From the NCBI GenBank assembly GCA_050730895.1, contig JBOHNV010000001.1:1-61670 (forward strand): 61,670 bases of DNA, given 5' to 3'. Under the pieces are notes generated by a model. It was not told the origin of the DNA. It worked only from the letters and a program-made list of their open reading frames with translations, and made no database searches. This document shows, piece after piece, positions 49,191-60,153 of this stretch. This DNA is from Candidatus Microsaccharimonas sp. (GTDB lineage Bacteria; Patescibacteriota; Saccharimonadia; Saccharimonadales; Saccharimonadaceae). The translations under genes and the position numbers were made by a program. Position 1 is the stretch's first letter. Each line of letters opens with the position of its first letter.

Positions 49191-50547
49191 TATCGCACGA
49201 CGAGCCGGCCGTAGCCTGCGAAACGCCAAGGCACGAACCATCCTTACAAGCCTCGCAATCGCGGTGGGTGCATTTACGATCACCATTTCGCTTGCAGCAG
49301 GTGAGGGTGCGCGTCAGTACGCAGATAATCTCATTAATTCGAACGTTAACCCTCAAGCGCTATTTATCGTGAAGGACGACGGCTTAACCAGCGGAGCAGT
49401 TTCACAAAGCTCAATTCGCGTGTACGACCCTAACACCTCCACATCCCAGGGCATAACGATGAAGATGATCACACAAGCAGACATCGAAAAGCTCGAAGCG
49501 CGCGACGACCTTTTGAATGTGGTGCCAACCTACTCGCCACAAATTCAATTCATGACATTTGGCGAGAGCGACAAAAAATTTGTAAGTAGCGTAACAACCT
49601 ATAACGCAACCGTGCTTGGAAGTGCTGCCTACGGCTCGCTCCCCGCGCAAGGTACCGATATTGCCGACGACGAAATCGTTTTACCGGATGCCTATGTGGA
49701 GACCTTGATGAGCGAGGGTGCTGTCGATTCCGCCAAGGACTTGATTGGTAAGAAGGTAGTCCTCACTGCAGCACAAGCGACTGCTAATCCAACTCCCGAA
49801 CAGCTCCAAGCTGCATTCGCCACTGGCGGTGAAGAAGCTGTACAAGACCTGCTTGCCCCGCAAACAGAAACGTTTACCTTTACGGTACGTGCGGTGTCAG
49901 CCAAGGCTGCCGAGGCGCTTACTGCAGTCACCGATGCGCAAATTGCCCCAAGTGCAGCGAGAGCTATTAACGAATTCGTCACTAAGGGTACCGACCAGTA
50001 CCAAAAGTACTTTGGTGTGACCGCAGTGGTGAAATCGGGTGTTGACCCAGAAGCCGTAAAGGCCGACCTTAAAAATGATGAGCTGTACGCCCAAACCGCA
50101 AAAGACCTCCAAGGTGTCGTGTTTACTGTTGTGAATACACTACAAGGTATTGTCCTTGGCTTCGGCGTTATTGCACTCATCGCCAGCGTGTTTGGTATCA
50201 TCAACACGCAGTACATTAGCGTGCTTGAGCGAACCCGCGAGATCGGCCTCATGAAGGCTCTTGGTATGCGTGGCCGTAGCGTGAGTCGATTATTCCAGTT
50301 CGAAGCGGCCTGGATTGGATTCCTTGGTGGGGTTATTGGTGTTGCTGTTGCGGTTATTGCAGGGCTTGCATTAAACCCTTGGATCTCTGGCATGCTCAGC
50401 CTGGGCGACACGCATCTGCTGGTGTTCTTGCCGATTCCAATTGCTGTCATGATTATCATTTTGATTGTCATTGCCATGCTAGCAGGGTGGTTTCCAGCTC
50501 GAAAGGCTGCCAAGCTTGATCCAATTGAAGCATTACGCACTGAGTAA
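49177..50547 (+). CDS. ABC transporter permease (MacB/FtsX family)
   Basis: RTILT.LAIAVG, SVLERTREIG.MKALG, PARKAAKLDPIEALR. Confidence 0.95.
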   Translation: MRTIDIARRAGRSLRNAKARTILTSLAIAVGAFTITISLAAGEGARQYADNLINSNVNPQALFIVKDDGLTSGAVSQSSIRVYDPNTSTSQGITMKMITQADIEKLEARDDLLNVVPTYSPQIQFMTFGESDKKFVSSVTTYNATVLGSAAYGSLPAQGTDIADDEIVLPDAYVETLMSEGAVDSAKDLIGKKVVLTAAQATANPTPEQLQAAFATGGEEAVQDLLAPQTETFTFTVRAVSAKAAEALTAVTDAQIAPSAARAINEFVTKGTDQYQKYFGVTAVVKSGVDPEAVKADLKNDELYAQTAKDLQGVVFTVVNTLQGIVLGFGVIALIASVFGIINTQYISVLERTREIGLMKALGMRGRSVSRLFQFEAAWIGFLGGVIGVAVAVIAGLALNPWISGMLSLGDTHLLVFLPIPIAVMIIILIVIAMLAGWFPARKAAKLDPIEALRTE

Positions 50548-50556
50548 AAAATAGAG

Positions 50557-50619
50557 GAGCGAACGCGGGCGGCGCGGGTACACTTAAGAGACCGTTGACT
50601 GCGCCGCCCACATTCGCTC
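50557..50619. repeat. GC-rich inverted repeat after the permease gene
   Basis: GAGCGAA.G.GGGCGGCGC / GCGCCGCCC.C.TTCGCTC with loop TTAAGAGACC. Confidence 0.6.
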
Positions 50620-50704
50620 GCTGCCATTGACTTTTTAAAACATAAGTGGTATAATGTAACCAGTTTACCAAACAACATAAACACACTCGAAAGATATACC
50701 GGTC

Positions 50705-51028
50705 ATGGATAGCGAAAAGAGCAACCGAAGCCTTGAAGAAGTCAGCGAACGAACAACAGCTGATGTACTCCTTGATGTTATTCGACTTGAAGACGCGCGC
50801 CAGAATGCTGAAGATAGGTACGCTGAACTGAGCAGGGCATTTAAGCGCGGCGAAATCGCCCCTGAAGACTACCACTATCAGACCGCAATAATCGCCGAGT
50901 ATGAGATAGCTAATATCGATACCAAGCTAAAGGCGACTACTGGAGAGGTGAACACCCTTGAGGGCATTCCAACGAAGCGACAAACGAGACTTGGTGGCTT
51001 TGTAACAAAGCTACTGCGTCGAGGCTAG
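50705..51028 (+). CDS. Hypothetical protein
   Basis: Own TTGACT-N17-TATAAT promoter and downstream hairpin. Confidence 0.65.
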   Translation: MDSEKSNRSLEEVSERTTADVLLDVIRLEDARQNAEDRYAELSRAFKRGEIAPEDYHYQTAIIAEYEIANIDTKLKATTGEVNTLEGIPTKRQTRLGGFVTKLLRRG

Positions 51029-51096
51029 AAAGAAACGGGTCATTAGCCCGTTTCTTCGCCTCGTACTCTGTAAAATATGCTACAATTACAGTAATT

Positions 51097-52416
51097 ATGT
51101 TAGATATTCGATTCATCCGCGAAAACGCCGAGGCTGTACAACTAAATGCTGAACGCAAAAATTATTCAGTAAACATCGCAAAGCTTATCGAGCTCGACGA
51201 TGCTCGTCGTCAGCTTTCTGCTCGCGCCGATGAACTTCGTGAACGCCGCAATGCTAATGCTGCAAAAATGAAGGGCGCTACTGGCAAGCCAGACCAAGCG
51301 ATCATCGATGAAGGCAAGGCAATTAAGGTAGAGCTCGCCGAGCTTGAAGAAAGCCTTGGGCTTGTTGAAGAAGACGCTTTGAAGCTCCAAAAAACCGTGC
51401 CAAACATGGCACTCGAAGATGTGCCAGTTGGTGCTTCTGAAGACGAAAATGTTGTTGCTAAGGAAGTGGGCGAGCCAACTAAGTTTAGTTTTGCACCGCG
51501 TAACCACTGGCAAATCGCCGAACAACGCGACTGGATCGATAAAGAACGTGCAGCAAAAGTAGCCGGAAGCCGCTTTGCATACATTAAGGGTGACCTTGTA
51601 AAACTTCAGTTTGCTATTGTTCAGTTTGTAATGAATGCGCTGAGCGACGAAGCAACGATCGAGAAGATCGCAAAAGACGCTGGCCTTGAAGGAATTTCTA
51701 CGAACCCATTCACGCCAATTTTGCCACCACTTATGATTCGAACCGAGCTTTACGACGCTATGGACCGCCTTGAACCGCGCGATGATCGCTACAAGCTCGA
51801 AGACGACGACCTATGGCTACAAGGAAGTGCTGAACACGTTATGGGTAGTATGCACGCCAACGAGATTCTTGTCGAAGCGCAACTTCCAGTTCGCTACTTA
51901 GGCTACGCAACAAGCTTCCGCCGCGAAGCTGGTACGTACGGAAAAGACATGGAAGGGATTCTTCGCATGCACCAGTTCGACAAGCTCGAAATGGAAAGCT
52001 TTACCGTGGGCGAAGATGGCCTAAAAGAACACCTACTAATGGTGGCAATTCAAGAATACTTGCTTGCCAGCCTCGGGTTGCCATACCGCGTTATTCAAAA
52101 ATGTACTGCCGATATTGGTAAGCCGAACGCTCGTGGTATCGACATGGAAGCATGGCTACCAGGGCAAGACCAATACCGTGAAACACACACCGCCGACTAC
52201 ATGACCGACTATCAGGCGCGTCGCCTTCAAACGCGCGTTCGTCGCGAAACGGGTGAGCATGCTGGTGACCTTGAGCTCATTCACACCAACGATGCGACTG
52301 CCTTTGCATTAGGCCGCGCGATGATTGCGATTATCGAAAACAACCAGCAAGAAGACGGCACGGTTGTTATTCCTGAGGCGCTTCGTCCATACCTTGGTGG
52401 CAAAACCATTCTGTAA
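51097..52416 (+). CDS. serS: Serine--tRNA ligase
   Basis: MLDIRFIREN, FRREAG, R.HQF.KLE, Q.RRL..R, IIEN.Q..DG. Confidence 0.97.
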   Translation: MLDIRFIRENAEAVQLNAERKNYSVNIAKLIELDDARRQLSARADELRERRNANAAKMKGATGKPDQAIIDEGKAIKVELAELEESLGLVEEDALKLQKTVPNMALEDVPVGASEDENVVAKEVGEPTKFSFAPRNHWQIAEQRDWIDKERAAKVAGSRFAYIKGDLVKLQFAIVQFVMNALSDEATIEKIAKDAGLEGISTNPFTPILPPLMIRTELYDAMDRLEPRDDRYKLEDDDLWLQGSAEHVMGSMHANEILVEAQLPVRYLGYATSFRREAGTYGKDMEGILRMHQFDKLEMESFTVGEDGLKEHLLMVAIQEYLLASLGLPYRVIQKCTADIGKPNARGIDMEAWLPGQDQYRETHTADYMTDYQARRLQTRVRRETGEHAGDLELIHTNDATAFALGRAMIAIIENNQQEDGTVVIPEALRPYLGGKTIL

Positions 52417-52434
52417 TTATTAAAGGGACTACTC

Positions 52435-53112
52435 ATGCATAGTGTTCATGTTGCTGTTTCACAAGTGCAAGATGGAAGTATGTATACTCCCACCGAGCAA
52501 ACAAACAAGACGGTCATTCAAAGCCGAGCCACCTGGCTTAGAGAGCAGGAGATTGCTCTTAATGATGCAACACGTGTGCATATATCGTATGACCAAAAAG
52601 ACTTTTGCCGGTACCGAATTGTTGACACCTCGCGTAAAGGTGAGGGGATGCAAGGGCCGAGTCGTGAGTATAGCGACGCGCTTGTTACCGCGAATCCTGG
52701 GCATGTACTTTTTCTGCCGGTAGCCGATTGTGTAGCAACAACCTTGTTTGACCCTGAGAATGGAGTCTTGATGCTTTCGCATCTTGGCCGACATAGCCTC
52801 GAGCAAGATGGTGGGGTGCGGAGCGTTGCATTTTTAGCTGAAAAATTTGGTAGCAATCCCGAACGCCTAAAGGTATGGCTATCTCCAGCTCCAAATAAAC
52901 AAGCCTACCCAATATTCAAGCTTGGCGGTAGTGGCATGAAGGAAGCGGTATTTGAGCAGCTACAAAGAGCTGGCGTGCTGCTCGAAAATATTACTGATAA
53001 CCCCGCCGATACCGCAACCGATGACAACTATTTTTCTCATAGTGAATTTATAAAAGGCAATAAATCGGTTGAAGGGCGGTTTGCGATGGTTGCAGTCATG
53101 CAGCCGATGTGA
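52435..53112 (+). CDS. YfiH/PgeF-like (laccase-domain/FAMIN) protein
   Basis: DALVT..PG..L....ADC, H.GR, YFSH, GRFA. Confidence 0.85.
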   Translation: MHSVHVAVSQVQDGSMYTPTEQTNKTVIQSRATWLREQEIALNDATRVHISYDQKDFCRYRIVDTSRKGEGMQGPSREYSDALVTANPGHVLFLPVADCVATTLFDPENGVLMLSHLGRHSLEQDGGVRSVAFLAEKFGSNPERLKVWLSPAPNKQAYPIFKLGGSGMKEAVFEQLQRAGVLLENITDNPADTATDDNYFSHSEFIKGNKSVEGRFAMVAVMQPM

Positions 53113-53120
53113 TTTGATAG

Positions 53121-53678
53121 ATGCATATGCAGGCGTGGGAATCTTACATAAAAACAGGACAACAAAAGGCGAGATCTACCGGATTTACTATTGTTGAACT
53201 CCTTATAGTTATTGTGGTTATCGCTATTTTGGCAGCAATCACCATCGTTTCGTTTTCGGGTATTCAAAATAGTGCCCACGACTCGGCAGTGCAAAGTGAT
53301 CTTAAACAGTTGGCGACAAAGGTTGAGATGTTCAGGGTAAAAGAGGGAAGGCTTCCTCGAGGCGCAGAGTTGACGACGCTTGGTCTGAAAGTCTCGAAGA
53401 ACTCGTATACAGATACACTCCTTATTTCTGGCTCAATAAACTATAACGTTATATATTGCAGCCCAATTAACCAAGAGGCTCGATACACGTTTGCCGCTCA
53501 GAGTAAATCGGGTAAAGTTTTCAGATACGGCACAGCCGGTACTGGTGAAATGACATCCTCGAACAGTGCTTCATCGGTGACGTTATGTACGGACGCTGGT
53601 GTCGCAACAAATGACGCAACCTCTAATAGTCGTATGTTCCTATACTCAAATGGCTGGGAAACCTGGGTGCAAGGCTAG
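53121..53678 (+). CDS. Type IV pilin-like protein
   Basis: G|FTIVELLIVIVVIAILAAITIVSF; start may be ATG 53127 (MQAW, matching MKQW/MKRW). Confidence 0.92.
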   Translation: MHMQAWESYIKTGQQKARSTGFTIVELLIVIVVIAILAAITIVSFSGIQNSAHDSAVQSDLKQLATKVEMFRVKEGRLPRGAELTTLGLKVSKNSYTDTLLISGSINYNVIYCSPINQEARYTFAAQSKSGKVFRYGTAGTGEMTSSNSASSVTLCTDAGVATNDATSNSRMFLYSNGWETWVQG

Positions 53679-53755
53679 ACAAGCATAAGCTTACTTTTCC
53701 CTCGCACCTGAGTTATAATAAGACTATCAACCAACCACATCCAAGGAGGGAAGAT

Positions 53756-54088
53756 ATGATAGCATCTATTGATATCACCGGCATCAAGTACAACGTAAGT
53801 GAAAAAATGCAAAAGTACATACTGGATAGGGTTGGTAGGCTCGATCGATATATCCCGCCACACGCTCGCAAGACGGTCGTGGCAGATGTGAAGCTTCGTC
53901 AGGTCAATCGTGACCATGGTAATAAATACGAAGCAGAAATTATTCTTAAAGTCCCTGAAAAGACGATTATCGCCAAAGATTCTACTATGAATATGCATGC
54001 GGCGATTGATATTGTTGAAGCGAAGCTTGTTTCACAGCTGCGAAAATACAAAGATTCTATTATGACGCGCAAGGTCACGACACACTAG
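53756..54088 (+). CDS. hpf: Ribosome hibernation factor (HPF/RaiA, short form)
   Basis: I.ITG....S..M..Y, M.AAID.V..KL..QLRKYK. Confidence 0.9.
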   Translation: MIASIDITGIKYNVSEKMQKYILDRVGRLDRYIPPHARKTVVADVKLRQVNRDHGNKYEAEIILKVPEKTIIAKDSTMNMHAAIDIVEAKLVSQLRKYKDSIMTRKVTTH

Positions 54089-54198
54089 AATCCCCCTCAA
54101 ATACACCCGTGCGCCCCCTTGTGTATAACCCCGCAAGACCGTATAATAATTCGTAAGTAATTTACCGAATTATTTCCTGAAAGGCGGGGTACACGAGA

Positions 54199-56823
54199 AT
54201 GGCAATTACAAGGCAGGGTACGCTTACCAAGATTTTTGGCGACCCACAAAAGAAGATTCTAAAGCGACTCGATAAAAAAGTCGTTGCAATTAATTCCCTT
54301 GAAGACAAATACAAGAAGCTTTCTAAAGCTGAATTAAAAAAGCAAACCGAGGTTCTTAAAAAGCGACTTGCCAAAAAGGGAACGACACTCGACACAATTC
54401 TTCCTGATGCATTTGCGTTGGTACGTGAATCAAGTAACCGCGTTCTCGGAATGCGTCACTTCGACGTACAGCTTGTTGGTGGTATGGTGCTCCACGAAGG
54501 CGATATCGCTGAAATGAAGACCGGTGAAGGTAAAACCCTCGTGGCAACCCTTCCTGTTTACCTCAACGCTCTTGAGGGCAAGGGTGTGCATGTTGTCTCG
54601 GTCAACGACTACCTCGTGCAACGCGACGCCGGCTGGATGGGTGAGCTATATCACTTCCTCGGCCTCTCTACGGGTGTTATTGTAAACGACGCTTCGTTTA
54701 TTTTTGACCCACAATACGACAACGAGGATCACACCGACCCTCGCATGAAAAAACTCCGCCCGGTTACCCGTAAAGAGGCATACGCCGCCGACATTACGTA
54801 CGGTACCAACAACGAATTCGGTTTCGACTATCTTCGCGACAACATGGTAAACGAAGTCGACTTGCTTCGTCAGCGTGAACTTCACTACGCCATCGTCGAC
54901 GAGGTTGACTCTATCCTTATCGACGAAGCTCGTACGCCACTTATTATTAGTGCGCCTGCCAGCGAAAACCCTGAAAGCTACGAGCAATTCGCTCGCGTAG
55001 CCTCTAAGCTTGTTCCAGCCGACTACGCGCTCGACGAAAAGCGTAAGATGGTCGCCCTTACCGACGAAGGCGTCGATAAAGTCCAAAAGCTTCTTGGTGT
55101 AAAAAACTTGTACAGTCCAGAATATGTTCGTTCTGTATACCACCTCGACCAAGCACTTCGCGCACAAACATTGTTCAAACGCGACAAAGACTATGTGGTT
55201 ACGAAAGATGGCGAAGTAGTTATTGTTGACGAATTTACCGGTCGCCTTATGAACGGTCGTCGCTACAACGAAGGTCTTCACCAGGCTATTGAAGCAAAAG
55301 AAAAAGTAGCTATTCTTCAAGAAAGCATGACACTGGCGACAGTTTCGTTCCAGAACTACTTCCGTTTGTACAAAAAGCTTTCTGGTATGACCGGTACTGC
55401 CTTTACCGAAGCCGAAGAATTCCAGCAAATTTATAAGCTCGACGTTGTACAAATTCCTTCGAACCGTCCAATTGCACGTGAAGACCGCGAAGACCTCATT
55501 TTCCGTACTGAAAAGGGGAAAATCAAGGCCATTGCCGATGTTATTAAAGAGCACCACAAAGAAGGTCGTCCGGTTCTTGTTGGTTCTGCATCAATTGCTA
55601 AAAACGAGTTAATTGCTGCTCACCTCGACAAAGAAAAGGTTCCATACGAAATCTTGAACGCTAAAAACAACGAACGTGAGGCTGCGATTATTGAGATGGC
55701 GGGTGAAAAGGGTGCAATTACACTTGCAACCAACATCGCCGGTCGTGGTACCGACATCAAGCTCGGTAAGGGTGTGAAAGAACTTGGTGGCCTTGTGGTT
55801 ATTGGTTCTGAGCGTCACGAATCACGCCGTATCGACAATCAGCTCCGTGGTCGTGGTGGTCGTCAGGGCGACCCTGGCATCACTCAGTTTTACGTTTCAA
55901 CCGAAGACGACCTCATGCGTATCTTCCAGGGTGAACGTATCTCGACCCTTATGAGTCGTATTGGTGTCGACGACGACATGCCATTGCAACACAAAATGGT
56001 GAGTAAGACGCTCGAAGCTGCTCAAAAGCGCGTTGAAGGCTACAACTTCGACAATCGTAAAAACGTGGTGCAGTACGACAACGTGATTAACCGTCACCGT
56101 CGTGTCGTCTACGGTATTCGCCGCAAGATTTTGGAAGGTGAAGACATCAAGACCGAAATCGAACGTCTCATTGAAGGCAAGGTTCGCGAACTAACAAATG
56201 TTCCTGCGAAAAATAGCCGCACCTTTAACACTGAGTTCCAAGAAATCTTCCCAATCAGCGATAAAAAGCTCAAGGCGATTGGTGCTGAAAAGCGCGACAA
56301 AAACCGCTACGAACTTGCTATGAAAGAAGTGAACAAGGCATACGCAGCAAAAGAAGCTGAGCTTGAAACTGAAATTCTCCGTAAGGTAGAGCGCGAAGTA
56401 TACCTTCAGGTACTCGACACCCTTTGGATGCAACACCTTGAAAACATGCAGCACCTCCGTGAAGGTATTCACTGGCGAAGCGTTGGACAGCGCGACCCGC
56501 TCGTTGAGTACCGTAGCGAATCACAAAAGCTGTTCGATAGCCTTCAGGGCACACTCCGCGACGAAGTACTTCGTGCCATTATGCACGTAACTGTTCGCGA
56601 TGCCGTTGCTCGCGCCGAAGAAGACCACGAAACTGAATTGACTCGACTTGCTGAAAACGCCGTTGAAAAGGGTGTGAACGAAGTTCAAAAAGCCGCAGGC
56701 AGCCGCGACGAAGACTTTAAGGTAAAGAAGTCCGAAAGCGCTAGCGACGCACAGCGCAAAAAGAACGCCGCGCGCAAGAAGAAAAAAGGCCAACGCCAGA
56801 ACCGAAAATCCGGACGAAAATAG
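54199..56823 (+). CDS. secA: Preprotein translocase subunit SecA
   Basis: EMKTGEGKT, VDEVDSILIDEARTPL, HESRRIDNQLRGR, DPLVEY. Confidence 0.99.
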   Translation: MAITRQGTLTKIFGDPQKKILKRLDKKVVAINSLEDKYKKLSKAELKKQTEVLKKRLAKKGTTLDTILPDAFALVRESSNRVLGMRHFDVQLVGGMVLHEGDIAEMKTGEGKTLVATLPVYLNALEGKGVHVVSVNDYLVQRDAGWMGELYHFLGLSTGVIVNDASFIFDPQYDNEDHTDPRMKKLRPVTRKEAYAADITYGTNNEFGFDYLRDNMVNEVDLLRQRELHYAIVDEVDSILIDEARTPLIISAPASENPESYEQFARVASKLVPADYALDEKRKMVALTDEGVDKVQKLLGVKNLYSPEYVRSVYHLDQALRAQTLFKRDKDYVVTKDGEVVIVDEFTGRLMNGRRYNEGLHQAIEAKEKVAILQESMTLATVSFQNYFRLYKKLSGMTGTAFTEAEEFQQIYKLDVVQIPSNRPIAREDREDLIFRTEKGKIKAIADVIKEHHKEGRPVLVGSASIAKNELIAAHLDKEKVPYEILNAKNNEREAAIIEMAGEKGAITLATNIAGRGTDIKLGKGVKELGGLVVIGSERHESRRIDNQLRGRGGRQGDPGITQFYVSTEDDLMRIFQGERISTLMSRIGVDDDMPLQHKMVSKTLEAAQKRVEGYNFDNRKNVVQYDNVINRHRRVVYGIRRKILEGEDIKTEIERLIEGKVRELTNVPAKNSRTFNTEFQEIFPISDKKLKAIGAEKRDKNRYELAMKEVNKAYAAKEAELETEILRKVEREVYLQVLDTLWMQHLENMQHLREGIHWRSVGQRDPLVEYRSESQKLFDSLQGTLRDEVLRAIMHVTVRDAVARAEEDHETELTRLAENAVEKGVNEVQKAAGSRDEDFKVKKSESASDAQRKKNAARKKKKGQRQNRKSGRK

Positions 56824-56832
56824 TAGGCGCGT

Positions 56833-58128
56833 ATGAATCATACAGTCGAAGAAGTAAAGCTCAAAAATGGAGCCCGTGGCTTGCTTATTAATGTTCCCGG
56901 TGCAACGGTGATGAGCATGCAGTTCCATTTCCGTGCCGGTAACCGATATGCCAAAAACAAGGATATCGAACAAGTTGCGCACATTATGGAGCACATGGCC
57001 TTTGGTGCGAACGCAAAATATCGCAGCGAAAGTGCTTTTGAGGCCGAGTTTACAAAAAACGGAGCGTATCATAATGCCTATACCTCGGATTTTGCCATGG
57101 TATACGAAGCCGACTGCGCCGATTTTGAATGGGATCGTATTCTTGATCTTCAGGCGCTCAGTATTTGCCAACCGCGATTTAACGAAAAAGAACTCGAAGC
57201 CGAAAAGGGGAATGTTCGCAGTGAGCTCACTGGCTATCTAAACGACCATCACCGCATTTTGTGGCCACGCGTGCAACAACTTTTGGGTGAAGATGTTTTA
57301 ACGTACCGTCAGGCGCTTTCGACCATTAACACTGTTACATTGGCTGATATTCGTGAACATCATCGCCGTACGCACACCACGCGCAATATGCGTTTTGTGA
57401 TTGCCGGCAAGCTTCGCGGACGCAAGGCCGACATTATCCGTCAACTCGAATCGTTTGAGTTGCCAGAAGGTGACCGCCTCGAAGTTCCTCGTGATGAACT
57501 GCATAGTGCAACACCAGCTATGATTCGTCGTAAAGACGCCTCAAACTTAACGTTTGGCTGGACAATGACCCTGCCGCGTGTACTCGACGACGAAGAACTC
57601 GATGCAATGAGCGTATTGAACCACATACTTACTGGCACTGCGACTTCTCGCATTTACGGAAAAGCGCGTTCAAAAGGGTTGGCGTATTATGTGGGAGCCT
57701 ATAGTGGCGCAAGCTTTTACGACAGTGCCTGGGATATTTCGGGTCAAGTAAACCACGACACTGCACCGGCGCTATTCGATATCATTGCGCGTGAGCTAAA
57801 GGCCGTACTCGACGGAAAACTTACTGACGAAGAAATCGAAGCAGCGAAATCGTTTAGCCTTGGCCGTTACCAAATGGGGGCGCAAACGGTTTCACAGATC
57901 AGTGGTTTTTATACAAACCGCTATTTTGCCGACGACCACGTTAAGAATTATGATAAAGTTCCCGACATGATCCGTAAGGTAACGCGCGAAAAAATCGTTC
58001 GAGTTTCTGAAGAATTCGTTGCTGCAAATATCTCGGTTCTGGCTGCGGTAAGTAGTGGTGATCGCGATGAAATTATCGATCTTCATGATCGTGTTGCGAA
58101 GAAATTGTATCCACAAGCCCAGGAGTAG
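56833..58128 (+). CDS. M16 (pitrilysin) family zinc peptidase
   Basis: AHIMEHM.F inverted zincin motif, NAYTS, EKG.V..E. Confidence 0.92.
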   Translation: MNHTVEEVKLKNGARGLLINVPGATVMSMQFHFRAGNRYAKNKDIEQVAHIMEHMAFGANAKYRSESAFEAEFTKNGAYHNAYTSDFAMVYEADCADFEWDRILDLQALSICQPRFNEKELEAEKGNVRSELTGYLNDHHRILWPRVQQLLGEDVLTYRQALSTINTVTLADIREHHRRTHTTRNMRFVIAGKLRGRKADIIRQLESFELPEGDRLEVPRDELHSATPAMIRRKDASNLTFGWTMTLPRVLDDEELDAMSVLNHILTGTATSRIYGKARSKGLAYYVGAYSGASFYDSAWDISGQVNHDTAPALFDIIARELKAVLDGKLTDEEIEAAKSFSLGRYQMGAQTVSQISGFYTNRYFADDHVKNYDKVPDMIRKVTREKIVRVSEEFVAANISVLAAVSSGDRDEIIDLHDRVAKKLYPQAQE

Positions 58129-58140
58129 TACACTAAGCGT

Positions 58141-59454
58141 ATGAAGATTGCTATTGCCGGTTACGGTGTCGAAGGTAAAGAGAACTACGTATATTGGTCT
58201 GCTGACCCTGCGAACGAATTAACAATTGTTAATGAGCGCGATGATGGCAGTGTTGCATATCCGCCCGAAGCACCGGTTATCGTGGGCGAGGGCGCTTTTG
58301 GGCAGCTCGACGGGTTTGATATGGTCGTTCGGACGGCAGGGCTTTCGCCGCATAAAATTAAAACCGACGGCAAAGTGTGGTCGGCTACGAATGAGTTCTT
58401 TGCAAAATGCCCGGCGCCGATTATTGGCGTGACCGGCTCAAAAGGCAAGGGGACAACGGCGAGCTTAATCGCTTCCGTACTAGAGGCGGCAGGTAAAAAA
58501 GTATGGTTGGTAGGTAATATTGGTTTGCCGGCTTTGAGTGTGCTTTCACAGGTGCAGCCCGACGATATTGTGGTCTATGAACTTTCCAGCTTCCAGCTTT
58601 GGGATATTGAAGCATCGCCACACACGGCTGTCGTGCTGTTTATCGAGCAGGAGCACCTCGATGTTCACCGTGATATGGATGAATACGTAGCTGCAAAAGC
58701 AAACATTACGCGACACCAAACCGAAAACGACTTGTTGGTGTACAACGCTGCAAACCGCTATGCTGTGCAGATTGCCGAAGGTTCAAAGGCGCAAAAAATC
58801 GGCTACCCCCAGCAGGGCGCACACATCGAAGACGACACGTTCTACTGCACCGATGAAGCAGGAAATACGACGCAGCTTTGCGCGGTTTCAGAGCTACGCA
58901 TAAAAGGCGAGCATAACGAAACAAATGCGTTGGCTGCTATTGATGCTACTTGGCCCTACATTGGTGCTCGCGAAGACGTGGCGGAAATTTTGAAGCAGGG
59001 CTTCAACGCTTTCCATGGCTTGCCACACCGCTTGGCGTACGTTGCTACAGTGAACAGTGTCGACTACTACGACGACAGTATTGCTACAACGCCAAGTTCT
59101 GCGATTGCTGCGCTTCGCGCCTTTGCCGACCAGCCGAAGGTAATTATTTTAGGTGGATCGTACAAAGGGTCTGACTTTCATGAATTGGCCTATGAGCTTA
59201 CGAAGCACGATGTACGCACAGTACTCGTAGGCGACGAAGCCCAGCGTATCGCCGATGCTTGTGAGGCTAACGGATTTACTGGTTACGAAATTATCGAAAA
59301 CGCTACTGCCGAAACTTTCACACGCCGTGCCGCCGAACTTGCGCAGCCCGGTGGCGTCGTGCTTCTGAGCCCGGCCGCGGCTAGTTTTGGGTTATTTAAA
59401 AACTACGCCGACAGAGGTGACCAGTTTATTGCAGCGGTTACAGCGCTCAAGTAA
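58141..59454 (+). CDS. murD: UDP-N-acetylmuramoyl-L-alanine--D-glutamate ligase
   Basis: GVTGSKGKGTT, GNIG, ELSSFQL, HRL, DDSIAT, LLSPAAASF. Confidence 0.96.
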   Translation: MKIAIAGYGVEGKENYVYWSADPANELTIVNERDDGSVAYPPEAPVIVGEGAFGQLDGFDMVVRTAGLSPHKIKTDGKVWSATNEFFAKCPAPIIGVTGSKGKGTTASLIASVLEAAGKKVWLVGNIGLPALSVLSQVQPDDIVVYELSSFQLWDIEASPHTAVVLFIEQEHLDVHRDMDEYVAAKANITRHQTENDLLVYNAANRYAVQIAEGSKAQKIGYPQQGAHIEDDTFYCTDEAGNTTQLCAVSELRIKGEHNETNALAAIDATWPYIGAREDVAEILKQGFNAFHGLPHRLAYVATVNSVDYYDDSIATTPSSAIAALRAFADQPKVIILGGSYKGSDFHELAYELTKHDVRTVLVGDEAQRIADACEANGFTGYEIIENATAETFTRRAAELAQPGGVVLLSPAAASFGLFKNYADRGDQFIAAVTALK

Positions 59455-59471
59455 CAATTTGCACAGCCAAG

Positions 59472-60113
59472 CTACGCGGTAATCGAGACAATGCGATTTT
59501 TAATAGCCTGCGATGGCTCGAGCACGGTAACTCCGTCGCCAACAATCGCCTCGATAGCCGGCTTTATCCAGTGGTAGTGCGTACATCCAAGCACGATAAC
59601 ATCAATACCCGCAGTAAGTAGGGGAGCTAACGTTTTCTGCAGCGGAATTTGGTCTGCCTTGTCGTGCTCGATCAATGATGCCCAAGTGCTACAGTCGGGT
59701 TCAAGAATTGTACATCCTTTTGCCCAGTCACTCTTTAGCTGTGCGTACTGCTCACTTTGCAGTGTAGAGGGGGTTGCAAGGACTGCGAACTTTTTTGTGC
59801 GCGATAGTTCCACTGCTGGCTTTATCATAGGCTCGAGCCCAACAAAGTTTTGAGCGGGATAGCGCGCCCGTAGTTCGACGATGGCATTTGTTGTTGCGGT
59901 GTTACAGGCAATGACAATGCAGTCGCAGCTGTCCTGTAGGAGTGGTTGGATAGCTGTGTCGGTAAGTTGAATAATCGCGTCTTTTGAGCGACCGCCGTAG
60001 GGCACATGTGCGCGATCATCGACGATAATAACTTCGGCGCCCTCGATGAGTCGTTGCAATTCATCGGCAATAGCCTTGCCTCCGATTCCTGAATCAAAAA
60101 CACCAATCTTCAT
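59472..60113 (-). CDS. murI: Glutamate racemase
   Basis: FDSGIGG, PYG, IACNTAT, LGCTHY. Confidence 0.97.
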   Translation of the reverse strand: MKIGVFDSGIGGKAIADELQRLIEGAEVIIVDDRAHVPYGGRSKDAIIQLTDTAIQPLLQDSCDCIVIACNTATTNAIVELRARYPAQNFVGLEPMIKPAVELSRTKKFAVLATPSTLQSEQYAQLKSDWAKGCTILEPDCSTWASLIEHDKADQIPLQKTLAPLLTAGIDVIVLGCTHYHWIKPAIEAIVGDGVTVLEPSQAIKNRIVSITA

Positions 60114-60153
60114 CTAAGACAGTGTACTACATTTCCTGTATAGTAGTAAGCAG

